DNA from: Candidatus Saccharimonas aalborgensis
GTDB taxonomy: Bacteria > Patescibacteriota > Saccharimonadia > Saccharimonadales > Saccharimonadaceae
Direction: 5' to 3'
DNA: 32,000 nucleotides
Assembly (NCBI RefSeq): GCF_000392435.1
Contig: NC_021219.1
Location: forward strand, 270,001-302,000
Part shown: positions 18,176 to 26,504 of the stretch, in pieces
Layout of the letters: each line of letters starts with the position of its first letter
Numbering within the stretch: the stretch's first letter is position 1
The notes under the pieces: generated by a model
Seen by the model: only the letters and a program-made list of their open reading frames with translations
What the model was told of the DNA's origin: nothing
Database searches by the model: none
Made by a program: the position numbers and the translations under genes

Positions 18176-20038
18176 ATGAACAAAGTTATTTCGTTTGTAC
18201 GCCGAGCTCCTACGCGTGTTGTCGCTCTGGCGACACTAGTTGTGGCAAGCCTCATTGTGCCTGCTTCGCTCCACGCGTGGGGTCCGTCTCGTGCAACATT
18301 TACGATGCAAAATCCTGCGACCTATGTGACATTCAACTCTATTACCGACAATCCAAATCTCGGTGATGAGCGTAATTTCACGAGTGTTCGCGAGGTCGGT
18401 TCGACTGGTGACTGGCAAGATGCCGTCACTGTCCAACCTGGCAAAGAGTATGAGGTTCGCGTCTATGTACACAATAATGCCGCAAGCAACCTCGGACTTG
18501 TCGCTAACGATGTAAAAGCAAAGGTAAACGTGCCAACAACGACCGGTAACTCAGTTCGTGTGATGGCATATGTAAACTCAAGTAACGCTACCCCTACAGA
18601 GGTATATGATCAGGCTGATTTCAACAGCACCCAGACATTTAACCTCGCCTACATTGCGGGCAGCGCCAAATATTACAACAACGTGTTTGGTAAGTACGGT
18701 GTCGGTAGCGGCGTCAGCTTGCCTGACAGTCTTGTCACCAGTACTGGTGCAACACTTGGTTACGACAAACTTGATGGACACATCCCTGGCTGTATGCAAT
18801 ACGCCGGCGTTGTTGTCTTTCATGTCAAACCACAGTTTGCCGGTACGCAAAACTTCACGATGAGCAAGCTCGTCAGCAAGCATGGTGCCAATACCTGGGT
18901 TGAGAACTATACTGCTCAGCCTGGCGAAACCGTTGATTATCTGCTCCAGTACCAAAACACTGGTACGCTGCAGCAAGACAATGTCACCTTTCGTGACACG
19001 TTGCCTGCACACATGACCTACGTTGCCGGTAGCACCATCTATGGTAATTCGCAGCACCCAAGTGGTACCCCCGCAAGTGACAATGTCACTGGCGCTGGTA
19101 TCAATGTTGGTTCGTATGCCGCTGGTGCCAACGCATGGGCTATCTTTAGCGCCAAGGTTGATGCCGAAAGTGCGCTTGCCTGCGGCGTAAACTCACTGCA
19201 CAACGTTGCTTCTGTCACCCCTCAGGGTGTTGGTGTGAAGTCTGACGGTGCAGATGTGACGGTAACACGTACTTGCGTGCAGCCAAAACCAATCGAAGTC
19301 TGTCGTTTGGCCGATAAGCAAATCGTCACTATCGACGAAAAAGATTTTGACAGTGCGAAGTACTCGAAGAATCTTGATGATTGTAAATCGCCCGTTACGA
19401 TCAAGGTCTGTGACCTGACAACAAATCAGGTAGTAACAATCAACGAAAAAGACTTCAACTCTACCAAATATTCAAAGAATCTTGATGATTGTGCACCCAT
19501 AAAGGTGTGTGAACTATCAAGCAGTACAGTAATCACCATTGCTGCGCATCAATTTGATAGCACAATGCATTCAAAGAATCTTGATGATTGTGTCAAGATG
19601 CAAGTATGCCGCCTCGATGACAAGCAAATTGTCACGATCAAAAAGAGTGAATTTGATAGCAAGAAGTATTCGGAGAACCTCGACAACTGTCGCGAAATCA
19701 AGGTATGTCGACTTGCCGATAAGCAAGTTGTGACTATCGTGAAGAGCCAGTTTGACAGCAAGAAGTATTCGATGAATCTCGATGATTGTAAAGAAACTCC
19801 AAAACCAGTCATGATCGACGTTTGCCGCTTAAGCGACAAAAAGATCGTATCGATTGATGAGAAAGACTTTACGACCAGCAAGTACTCGAAAACACTTGAT
19901 GACTGCAAGGAAGTACCTCAGCCTCCGAAAGAGCTTCCACACACCGGTGTCGTTGATGGCATCGCTTCAGTAGTTGGCCTTGGCTCACTTGTAGCTGCAG
20001 GTGGATACTACCTAGCAAGCCGACGCGTACTGCGCTAA
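18176..20038 (+). CDS. Sortase-type (LPHTG) surface protein with DUF11-like domain and six Cys-containing tandem repeats
   Basis: Signal peptide; NYTAQPGETVDYLLQYQNTGTLQQDNVTFRDTLPAHMTYV DUF11-like; six IEVCRLADKQIVTIDEKDFDSAKYSKNLDDC-like units; LPHTG + hydrophobic + RR tail; AAGGAG ribosome-binding site. Confidence 0.93.
   Translation: MNKVISFVRRAPTRVVALATLVVASLIVPASLHAWGPSRATFTMQNPATYVTFNSITDNPNLGDERNFTSVREVGSTGDWQDAVTVQPGKEYEVRVYVHNNAASNLGLVANDVKAKVNVPTTTGNSVRVMAYVNSSNATPTEVYDQADFNSTQTFNLAYIAGSAKYYNNVFGKYGVGSGVSLPDSLVTSTGATLGYDKLDGHIPGCMQYAGVVVFHVKPQFAGTQNFTMSKLVSKHGANTWVENYTAQPGETVDYLLQYQNTGTLQQDNVTFRDTLPAHMTYVAGSTIYGNSQHPSGTPASDNVTGAGINVGSYAAGANAWAIFSAKVDAESALACGVNSLHNVASVTPQGVGVKSDGADVTVTRTCVQPKPIEVCRLADKQIVTIDEKDFDSAKYSKNLDDCKSPVTIKVCDLTTNQVVTINEKDFNSTKYSKNLDDCAPIKVCELSSSTVITIAAHQFDSTMHSKNLDDCVKMQVCRLDDKQIVTIKKSEFDSKKYSENLDNCREIKVCRLADKQVVTIVKSQFDSKKYSMNLDDCKETPKPVMIDVCRLSDKKIVSIDEKDFTTSKYSKTLDDCKEVPQPPKELPHTGVVDGIASVVGLGSLVAAGGYYLASRRVLR
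19292..19920 (+). repeat. Six tandem ~33-37-aa protein-coding repeats
   Basis: Consensus xxVCxLxxKxVxTIxxxxFDSxKYSxNLDDC repeated six times in the translation. Confidence 0.88.
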
Positions 20039-20095
20039 CGTACCTGAGACTGACCGCTCCAAATCTGACGGCCGTTGCCTCAGAGTCTCCCATGA

Positions 20096-20124
20096 CCACC
20101 CCTCTCAATTTGATGGGTGGTCTT
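20096..20124. terminator. Hairpin between the convergent surface-protein and histidine-kinase genes
   Basis: GACCACCC (20096-20103) / GGGTGGTC (20117-20124). Confidence 0.45.
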
Positions 20125-22231
20125 TGGGTTGGCGACTCATTTCTGTAGGTGGTGCGCTACTCAGTTTCTTGATGGGTAGGCTAAATCCAAAGGTGCTTCC
20201 CTTACCGGGCAGAGACTCAAACACCAGTGCCCCCCCATGAGCGTCAACCACTTTCTTGGCGAGAAACAGTCCGATACCCGTGCCATCGGGGCGTTGCTTG
20301 CGGGCGTTTTCGGCCCGGAAAAACTTAGTAAACAGATGCTTTTGCTCGGATTTTGGTACTCCCATGCCACTATCTTTGACAGTGAGAACTGCTGCTCCAG
20401 CCTCAACTTTGAGCCGAATCGCAATCGTCGATCCCTCGGGAGAATAATAGATAGCATTGTCGATAAAGTTCATGATAACTTGCCGCATTTTTCCTTCATC
20501 GAGATACAGTATGGGAAAACGTGCGGGTTTGCGGTAGGCAATTACTATCGAATGTGAAGCAGCTATCTTTTTGATGCCGTCCACCTCCTGCTCAACGATC
20601 TTCGCGAGATTGCATTCCCTGCGCTCAACCATGAACTTACCCGTTTGTAGCCGCGACACATTGAGAAAGTCGCCGATAAGATGTACCATGCGCTCACTAC
20701 TCACAAATGCCTCCATGAGTAGTTTTCGTTGGACTGGTGAAATCTCTCCCGCGTCCCCCTCCAATACCATACTGAGATATCCCTTTATGCTCGTCAGCGG
20801 CGTTCGTAATTGGTGACTTGCCATACTAACAAACTCATCCTTGGTCGCATCCATCTCGAGAAGCTTTTTGTTTGATGCGCGTAGCTCTTTTGTCGCATCG
20901 CTGACTTCAGTCTCAAGTGTACGAGCAAATGAACGAATTTCCTCGAGACGGAAAATATTTTGAACAGCGATGGATAATTCATCAGTTACCACTGCGAGCA
21001 TGCGCATATCTTCACGCAAATAGCGGCTACTATTGAGCCTCTCTCCTAGAAGCAAACAACCGATATGTTGCGACGGGGTTTCGAGCTGCAATACCTGCCC
21101 CCCACCGCTGCCGAGATGACCGCGCTTGAGGTCCCTCAGCGCTGGCAATGTGCGGGGTGACTTACCGATCGCAATAGTATCGATACGCTCACTATCAAAG
21201 ACAACCGCTAAATACTCAGGATGAAGCGCCGACTCAAGCGTCTGAAGGACGGCAGTTGTTAACGTAGTCAGGTCGGACTGTTCCACGCACAGCGCACTCA
21301 CTCGATCGAGTATCGCCTGAGAGTCGTATCGATCTCGATAAAATATTCTGTCTGTCACACGATCAAAAAACCGACGCAATGGACCAAATAACAGAGAAAT
21401 AAGGATAATCAATGCAACATTGGCAACAAGCTCAAAACCAGTGAGACGGATGGCAACGCCAACCACAGACGAAACACCCGCCGCAATCAAGTAATACAGT
21501 GCCGTAACAGTCAGAATAGCTACGATGTATGCGGCACTCCGTATGAGAGCTAGTCGTATACCAAGGAACCCCCTGCGAATAACTGTGTAAGCGAGGGTGA
21601 CGGTCCAAATTGTCGTCGCAATCCAGGCCCATCGTGATGATTGCCAGGATGGTAAGAGATTAGCGAGTACTACGTTGCTCATCACTCCTACCACGACGCC
21701 AAGAAGTGAGCCACAAAAGATAATGAATGCTCTTTTTTTGGCACGCGATGTGCCGACCTCACGATAATGCGCATACAGGATAGTGAGTCCTGCAACAAGT
21801 TGGGCGCAAATCAAGGAGATGACGAGGTAGTAGAGAGGCTGGCGTTGAAAAACAATAGCTGGTTCAGTTGATACAATTTGCGATAAAACAAGCGGTGTCA
21901 TACTCAGAACACTGAGGATAACCGATGAGCCAAGTAAAAGCCTTGTGAGGTGAGGATACTGGTGAGCTGCAATCGCACAGGCAAACCGGTATAACGCATA
22001 CGACAGACAAATAGCTGCGACAAATGCGAGCCGCCCTAAGACAAGATTCACTTCCGATGGAAAGGCAGGTTGCGCGACACCAGCCGCCAGTGCCCACACG
22101 CCTATCGAAAGGAGAAAAACCGAAAGGTAGATATGTGTAGCCGTGAGGGGTCTGCTGACAAACACTACGACAGTCGCCGCAAAGGTCACGATAACACTCA
22201 CGAGCATTATGCCCATCACCACTGCATCCAT
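20105..22231 (-). CDS. Membrane sensor histidine kinase (N-terminal 7TM-like region, HisKA, HATPase_c)
   Basis: 708 aa; multiple N-terminal TM helices; H-box EFVSMASHQLRTPLTSIKGYL; N/G boxes MNFIDNAIYYSPEGS, KDSGMGVPKSEQ, GTGIGLFLAKKVVDAHGG. Confidence 0.93.
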   Translation of the reverse strand: MDAVVMGIMLVSVIVTFAATVVVFVSRPLTATHIYLSVFLLSIGVWALAAGVAQPAFPSEVNLVLGRLAFVAAICLSYALYRFACAIAAHQYPHLTRLLLGSSVILSVLSMTPLVLSQIVSTEPAIVFQRQPLYYLVISLICAQLVAGLTILYAHYREVGTSRAKKRAFIIFCGSLLGVVVGVMSNVVLANLLPSWQSSRWAWIATTIWTVTLAYTVIRRGFLGIRLALIRSAAYIVAILTVTALYYLIAAGVSSVVGVAIRLTGFELVANVALIILISLLFGPLRRFFDRVTDRIFYRDRYDSQAILDRVSALCVEQSDLTTLTTAVLQTLESALHPEYLAVVFDSERIDTIAIGKSPRTLPALRDLKRGHLGSGGGQVLQLETPSQHIGCLLLGERLNSSRYLREDMRMLAVVTDELSIAVQNIFRLEEIRSFARTLETEVSDATKELRASNKKLLEMDATKDEFVSMASHQLRTPLTSIKGYLSMVLEGDAGEISPVQRKLLMEAFVSSERMVHLIGDFLNVSRLQTGKFMVERRECNLAKIVEQEVDGIKKIAASHSIVIAYRKPARFPILYLDEGKMRQVIMNFIDNAIYYSPEGSTIAIRLKVEAGAAVLTVKDSGMGVPKSEQKHLFTKFFRAENARKQRPDGTGIGLFLAKKVVDAHGGALVFESLPGKGSTFGFSLPIKKLSSAPPTEMSRQPKDHPSN

Positions 22232-22258
22232 ATCTTCTATACTAAGCGCTTATGCTTC

Positions 22259-22957
22259 TTAGCGCAATTGTGATAGAGGAATGAGGGAGTGAAATGAGGG
22301 AACTCGCTGAGCATAATATTCGATAACGAGTAGCCGAGCAACACGATCGGCGAGGCTGCCGACAAGGGTATCGTGCCGGTATTCTTGGTAGGCATTTGTG
22401 ATATCCATATAGATCCCTACTTGATCACTATTAAATCCTTTGTATTTGAGAAGCACATCTTCGGGGTGCATACGCTCGATCCCCGAACCGAACAATTGTT
22501 TGTATCTCGGCCAAGCATGAAATTCAAGTCCTGCGACCATCGCCTCGATACCCCGCTCCTCAGCCAAACGATACACCTCTCTTAGCACACCGAGCGTCGC
22601 TACTTGTGATACTCCGCGCTCCTTTGCGAGTGAACCCAGCTCACCGAGAGTTCCTGGTGCGTGCGCAAACAAACGCTCCCTCGATGCCGGGTATAGATCG
22701 GCGAGAGGTGTGCGCAAATCAGCCGCTTCAACCCCTGGTTCCCAAAGTAATTTACCGACAGAAACAAGCCTGCCGCCATAGTGGGAATCATAGGTGCTGA
22801 TATAGGTGGCAAGTCCTGCATCATGGATAGCGTCCACCTTTGGTAGACCATCGCTTCCTACCGTCTCAGGATCAATCTTGCCTACATCGAGATAGCGGCG
22901 CGTGGCTAGACGGCGGTTCTCCGCAATCTCCTCCTCGGTTGTCGCAATCTTTGTCAT
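22259..22957 (-). CDS. GNAT/autoinducer-synthase-fold-like acyltransferase candidate (weak assignment)
   Basis: Starts MTKIATTEEEIAENRRLATRRYL after a GGAGAGGA ribosome-binding site; DAGLATYISTYDSHYGGRLVSVGKLLW pattern resembles acyltransferase/AHL-synthase-like proteins; CDS clear, function tentative. Confidence 0.6.
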   Translation of the reverse strand: MTKIATTEEEIAENRRLATRRYLDVGKIDPETVGSDGLPKVDAIHDAGLATYISTYDSHYGGRLVSVGKLLWEPGVEAADLRTPLADLYPASRERLFAHAPGTLGELGSLAKERGVSQVATLGVLREVYRLAEERGIEAMVAGLEFHAWPRYKQLFGSGIERMHPEDVLLKYKGFNSDQVGIYMDITNAYQEYRHDTLVGSLADRVARLLVIEYYAQRVPSFHSLIPLSQLR

Positions 22958-23107
22958 ATAGCGTCCTCTCCCTACGAGCCGTTCTCTCGTAACTTCGAGA
23001 GCAAGTTCGACGGCAGCAGGTACACGGAGCGAATTGTGATGTCGAGTCGGGACAGTCAAGATGCTTGTGGTCTTTCTATTTATTGTTCACCCTATTATAC
23101 TGTAGGT

Positions 23108-23482
23108 ATGACAAAGATTGCCATTATCGAGGACGATCAAGTTATCAACCAGATGTACCGAATGAAGTTTGAGGCGGCAGGATTTGAAGTGTCAACTGCG
23201 GGCGACGGTGAAACTGGTGTTGCGCTCGTCAAAAAGGTGACACCTGATATCATTTTGCTTGATCTCCAAATGCCTCATATGAACGGCGCGGAGGCCCTCA
23301 CAGCCATACGCGGTAATGCTGCTAGTAGCAAAACCCCGGTGATTATCCTCACCAACCTTGGCGAAGAAGAAGCTCCAAAAAACCTACGCTCACTGGGCAT
23401 CCATAGCTATATCGTCAAGGCAGAGCTCACACCAAGTCAGGTTGTCGAGCGAGTCAAAGACGCGCTCGCTGCTTCTGCCTAA
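23108..23482 (+). CDS. CheY-like stand-alone response regulator (receiver domain only)
   Basis: MTKIAIIEDDQVINQMYRMKFEAAGFEV; DIILLDLQMPHMNG (phospho-Asp); VIILTNLG; SYIVKAEL (Lys). Confidence 0.93.
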   Translation: MTKIAIIEDDQVINQMYRMKFEAAGFEVSTAGDGETGVALVKKVTPDIILLDLQMPHMNGAEALTAIRGNAASSKTPVIILTNLGEEEAPKNLRSLGIHSYIVKAELTPSQVVERVKDALAASA

Positions 23483-24303
23483 TCCCCACGAGCTGCTACT
23501 TGTGCGAGGGCAACTCGGATCACATGATCAAACATGAGGACGATCGTGAGTGGACCAACGCCACCCTTTTCGGGAGTGATATCGATATCGGTCCGATTGC
23601 GTAGTTCGGGGTCTACATCGCCGACGATCACACCACTCTCGCTCGCCGTGCCTGCATCGATGATGATTGTGCCTGCCGATACCATATCAGTCGTCAGGAT
23701 TCTAGGCACTCCTGTCGCCGCTACGACGACATTACTCCTGCGTAGTAGCTTTTTTTGATCAAGTGAATCTGAATTGATAACAGTAACATCATAGCCTCTG
23801 GACCGCCACAGCATGTCCAGTGGACGACCGACAAGCTTGCCATGTCCTATGAGTGCGATATGCTTATCTGACAATTCGATGTTGTAGCCAGCGAGCAACC
23901 AATCAATCGCCTCGGCTGTCGCACTGACAAACTCAGCCTTCGGGCCCAAGCCGTCGACATCTTTATGGGGATCAATTAGTGAGACAATCTCGTCTGTCTG
24001 TTCCGGTCGATCTATCGGTAGCTGCACCACAATGCCGTGTACCAGCGGATCGTTATTTGCGTCGCGAATTGCCTGTATCATTTCCTCTTGCGAGCACTCA
24101 ACCACAGTCACTTCAATCAGAATATCAGCCGCATAGCGCATCTTCATTCGTACATAGGTGTTGATGACCTCCCCCGCCATCACACTTTTTATGATTACCA
24201 AACGAGGTATCACGCCATACGCTTGACGTAGCATCCTGACCTGTTTCGCTTGCCGCTCCTTAATATATCCGGCTAGCTCTATCCCGCTCAATTCTTTTGC
24301 CAC
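23479..24303 (-). CDS. folD: Bifunctional methylenetetrahydrofolate dehydrogenase/cyclohydrolase FolD
   Basis: 274 aa; VHGIVVQLPI, DPHKDVDGLGP, HIALIGHGKLVGRPL, TPEKGGVGPLT. Confidence 0.93.
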   Translation of the reverse strand: MAKELSGIELAGYIKERQAKQVRMLRQAYGVIPRLVIIKSVMAGEVINTYVRMKMRYAADILIEVTVVECSQEEMIQAIRDANNDPLVHGIVVQLPIDRPEQTDEIVSLIDPHKDVDGLGPKAEFVSATAEAIDWLLAGYNIELSDKHIALIGHGKLVGRPLDMLWRSRGYDVTVINSDSLDQKKLLRRSNVVVAATGVPRILTTDMVSAGTIIIDAGTASESGVIVGDVDPELRNRTDIDITPEKGGVGPLTIVLMFDHVIRVALAQVAARGD

Positions 24304-25872
24304 TTACGTGATACGGTCCTTTCGATCGTCGATAAAGGCACCCCATTGACGAACAAGGCGAAGGACAGTCTTGAGCGGCAACTCTATCAACATATCAAGA
24401 ATGATAGTGACAATATTTAGCTTCGAATATTTGTCACTCATCCATCGTCCCACCACCACAAATGGCAGATAGATGAGATCGCGTACAAATGTCATTCCGT
24501 TACTACTACTGCGGACCACTTCGAGTTCTCTGATGAGGCGACTAAGGCGAAAACCTAAGAAGCTTGCTGCTGAGATAAATACGAGGAAGATCGCGATATG
24601 AACAAGTGAGAATCCTAGCAGGAGCAACACCCACATAACTGCTCCAAAGATGACCAAGCTCGTCACTGCATATATCGCCGAGAATATAGGTCCATAGCCG
24701 CGATCGGCCAACTGCTTCTTCATGAGCACCACCCGCTCACCATAGAGCATGGTATCGGCGCGATCAATCAGCGCAGAAGTATTAGCAAAGCCAGGAAGCG
24801 TATGTGTCAGGCGCAGAGCAATCATGTAAAATGGCGGGAATAACAAGTTGATTAGGAGCGGCTGCCATCCGATCTTGCCATGAGCCCATATATCGTAAGG
24901 AACCTCGATGGCAATGCCGATGAGAAATTTGGTAATGATCAGGAAAATAACGGAGCGAATGATGGCACGGTTGATACGCTTACCGATGCGTGAATACTCA
25001 GTATTGACTTGTTTTTCGAAGGCATCCAAAAAAGCTTCTCGTCGAGGCAACAGCTCGGCAAAATCTGCCCTATCTTCGATCATGCGCCGAATGATGCGTA
25101 GCGGCGCACCCTGACGATCAACAATATGCAGCAGCGTATCAACTTGCGGAGATACCAAGAGGTTGTCAATTTGTTTGTTGTATGTCACATACTCCTCAAG
25201 GTGCTTAATACTCACTCCGTAGCGCATGAGTAACGTGGTACGAATAACGGCCGTGTCGGATTTGAGCAATGATTTGTGAATCGCAGCATAGAGAGCAGCA
25301 CTGTAGTCCTCGGTTCGCATCCGACTGGTGATTGCCTCCTCGGGGATCAACATCATGAGATATGAATAGGCGAAGTCGATAAATGCTGTATCGCGGCGAT
25401 GATCGTTAAGGATTGACTCAACTTGGACCGCAAGCGTATCCAGCACCCAACTTGTGGTTTTGTCGGAGGCAAGTGAGCGACGCTTTTGGAGCAACTCATA
25501 CGCCTTATAATGTTCAACCGCGAGCCCAGATATTGTATCTAACTGTGAGCGGAGCAGACTGTCGTTTGGGATGTAGCCCGCGAGTGTCAGCTCGACAGCA
25601 AGCTCATTTCCGCTCGTTCGAATAAGCGCATCATCACGAGTCACAAACAGCTGTCGATAGAATCGCTTTATGGCGTTTTGGAGAAGTAGATGCTCCTCTG
25701 TGTTTTCGGCAGCGTTACGGAGTTGCTCATATGCTGCCGTCAGGGCCCCCCCAGCACCAACTATATTCACTTTTTGGGCATGGAGAAGCTCTCTGTTGTT
25801 CGCGGTTTCCCACTGTTTTGCGGCCAAGAGACTCGCAGCAAGCCGCTGACCAATATGATTCAAGGTTGTCAT
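24304..25872 (-). CDS. Conserved multi-pass membrane protein, unknown function
   Basis: 522 aa immediately upstream of folD on the same strand; several hydrophobic helices. Confidence 0.78.
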   Translation of the reverse strand: MTTLNHIGQRLAASLLAAKQWETANNRELLHAQKVNIVGAGGALTAAYEQLRNAAENTEEHLLLQNAIKRFYRQLFVTRDDALIRTSGNELAVELTLAGYIPNDSLLRSQLDTISGLAVEHYKAYELLQKRRSLASDKTTSWVLDTLAVQVESILNDHRRDTAFIDFAYSYLMMLIPEEAITSRMRTEDYSAALYAAIHKSLLKSDTAVIRTTLLMRYGVSIKHLEEYVTYNKQIDNLLVSPQVDTLLHIVDRQGAPLRIIRRMIEDRADFAELLPRREAFLDAFEKQVNTEYSRIGKRINRAIIRSVIFLIITKFLIGIAIEVPYDIWAHGKIGWQPLLINLLFPPFYMIALRLTHTLPGFANTSALIDRADTMLYGERVVLMKKQLADRGYGPIFSAIYAVTSLVIFGAVMWVLLLLGFSLVHIAIFLVFISAASFLGFRLSRLIRELEVVRSSSNGMTFVRDLIYLPFVVVGRWMSDKYSKLNIVTIILDMLIELPLKTVLRLVRQWGAFIDDRKDRIT

Positions 25873-25911
25873 TACTAGTGGTTATCATACCATAATTTCG
25901 CCGCCAACTCT

Positions 25912-25949
25912 ATAGAAAAACCACCCCATAGCGGGTGGATTTTCTATAG
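25912..25949 (-). terminator. Terminator-like hairpin following the tRNA-Lys 3' fragment
   Basis: Plus-strand tatagaaaaaaccaccccatagcgggtggattttctata forms a long near-perfect stem with A/T tracts; boundaries approximate. Confidence 0.6.
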
Positions 25950-25967
25950 AGGGCCAGGAGAGACTTG
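25949..25967 (-). other. tRNA-Lys 3'-end fragment
   Basis: gagggccaggagagacttg is identical to 26142-26160 of the intact tRNA-Lys locus. Confidence 0.85.
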
Positions 25968-26056
25968 GCCACGTTCCGCGGCCCCGAAACTTCACCTATG
26001 AAAGCATAGCTTTCAAGGGAAGGTTTCCTTGCGAACTGCCGACTGGCAGTTCTCAC
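25967..26056 (-). repeat. Copy B of the tRNA-embedded three-hairpin element
   Basis: Minus-strand hairpins GAACTGCC-AGTC-GGCAGTTC, TGAAAGC-TAT-GCTTTCA and GGCCGCG-GAA-CGTGGCC. Confidence 0.85.
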
Positions 26057-26099
26057 TCTCTCCACCCCACGGGTGTGGAGAATTCAAGCCGCCCAAACT

Positions 26100-26142
26100 C
26101 CAAGTAAATTCACCGACCACAGGGATCGGTGAATTTACTTGG
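26100..26142 (-). terminator. Perfect 17-bp hairpin directly after tRNA-Lys
   Basis: CCAAGTAAATTCACCGA (26100-26116) / TCGGTGAATTTACTTGG (26126-26142). Confidence 0.65.
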
Positions 26143-26216
26143 AGGGCCAGGAGAGACTTGAACTCTCGACACCCTGCTTAAGAGGCAGGTGCTCTAACCA
26201 GCTGAGCTACTGGCCC
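26140..26216 (-). tRNA. tRNA-Lys (anticodon CUU)
   Basis: Minus strand GGGCCAGTAGCTCAGCTGGTTAGAGCACCTGCCTCTTAAGCAGGGTGTCGAGAGTTCAAGTCTCTCCTGGCCC (26144-26216), then T-CCA. Confidence 0.94.
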
Positions 26217-26279
26217 ATAATATTAATTATACCGAAATGTGCGATGAACGATATAGCAAGCGGAGCTTGCAAGAGGCAG

Positions 26280-26368
26280 GGTCACATTCTGCGACCCCCG
26301 AACTTCGCGATTGACAGCGTAGCTGTCATCGGAAGGTTCGTTTCCGAACTGCCACTGGCAGTTCTCAC
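26280..26368 (-). repeat. Copy C of the tRNA-embedded three-hairpin element
   Basis: Minus-strand hairpins GAACTGCC-AGT-GGCAGTTC, TGACAGC-TAC-GCTGTCA and GGTCGCA-GAA-TGTGACC. Confidence 0.85.
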
Positions 26369-26392
26369 TCTAACCAGCTGAGCTACTGGCCC
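26368..26392 (-). other. Truncated 5' copy of tRNA-Lys (acceptor 5' strand and D arm)
   Basis: 25 nt identical to 26192-26216 of the intact tRNA-Lys. Confidence 0.88.
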
Positions 26393-26404
26393 ATACCTCG
26401 GAAA

Positions 26405-26433
26405 AGTATAGCAAACAGAGGCCAATTTGTAAA
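26405..26433 (-). promoter_or_regulatory. Sigma70-like promoter upstream of the truncated tRNA-Lys/element C unit
   Basis: Minus strand TTTACA (26428-26433), 17-bp spacer, TATACT (26405-26410). Confidence 0.7.
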
Positions 26434-26447
26434 TATTACCTCTCGCC

Positions 26448-26476
26448 TTGTATCCAAAGATGCTCAGGGTTATACT
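26448..26476 (+). promoter_or_regulatory. Sigma70-like promoter for the 26505-27863 gene
   Basis: TTGTAT (26448-26453), 17-bp spacer, TATACT (26471-26476). Confidence 0.6.
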
Positions 26477-26504
26477 CTATACATAGCTAGTGAGGAGAGT
26501 AGCC

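Noticed and set aside
22259-22957. Firm call of a LuxI-type AHL synthase
   Set aside because: Only a loose resemblance by eye; reported as a tentative acyltransferase-like protein without a gene symbol.
25967-26368. Interpreting the element copies as integron attC sites or a CRISPR array
   Set aside because: No GTTRRRY/RYYYAAC attC core pairs, no gene cassettes or tyrosine integrase seen, and no regular repeat-spacer pattern.
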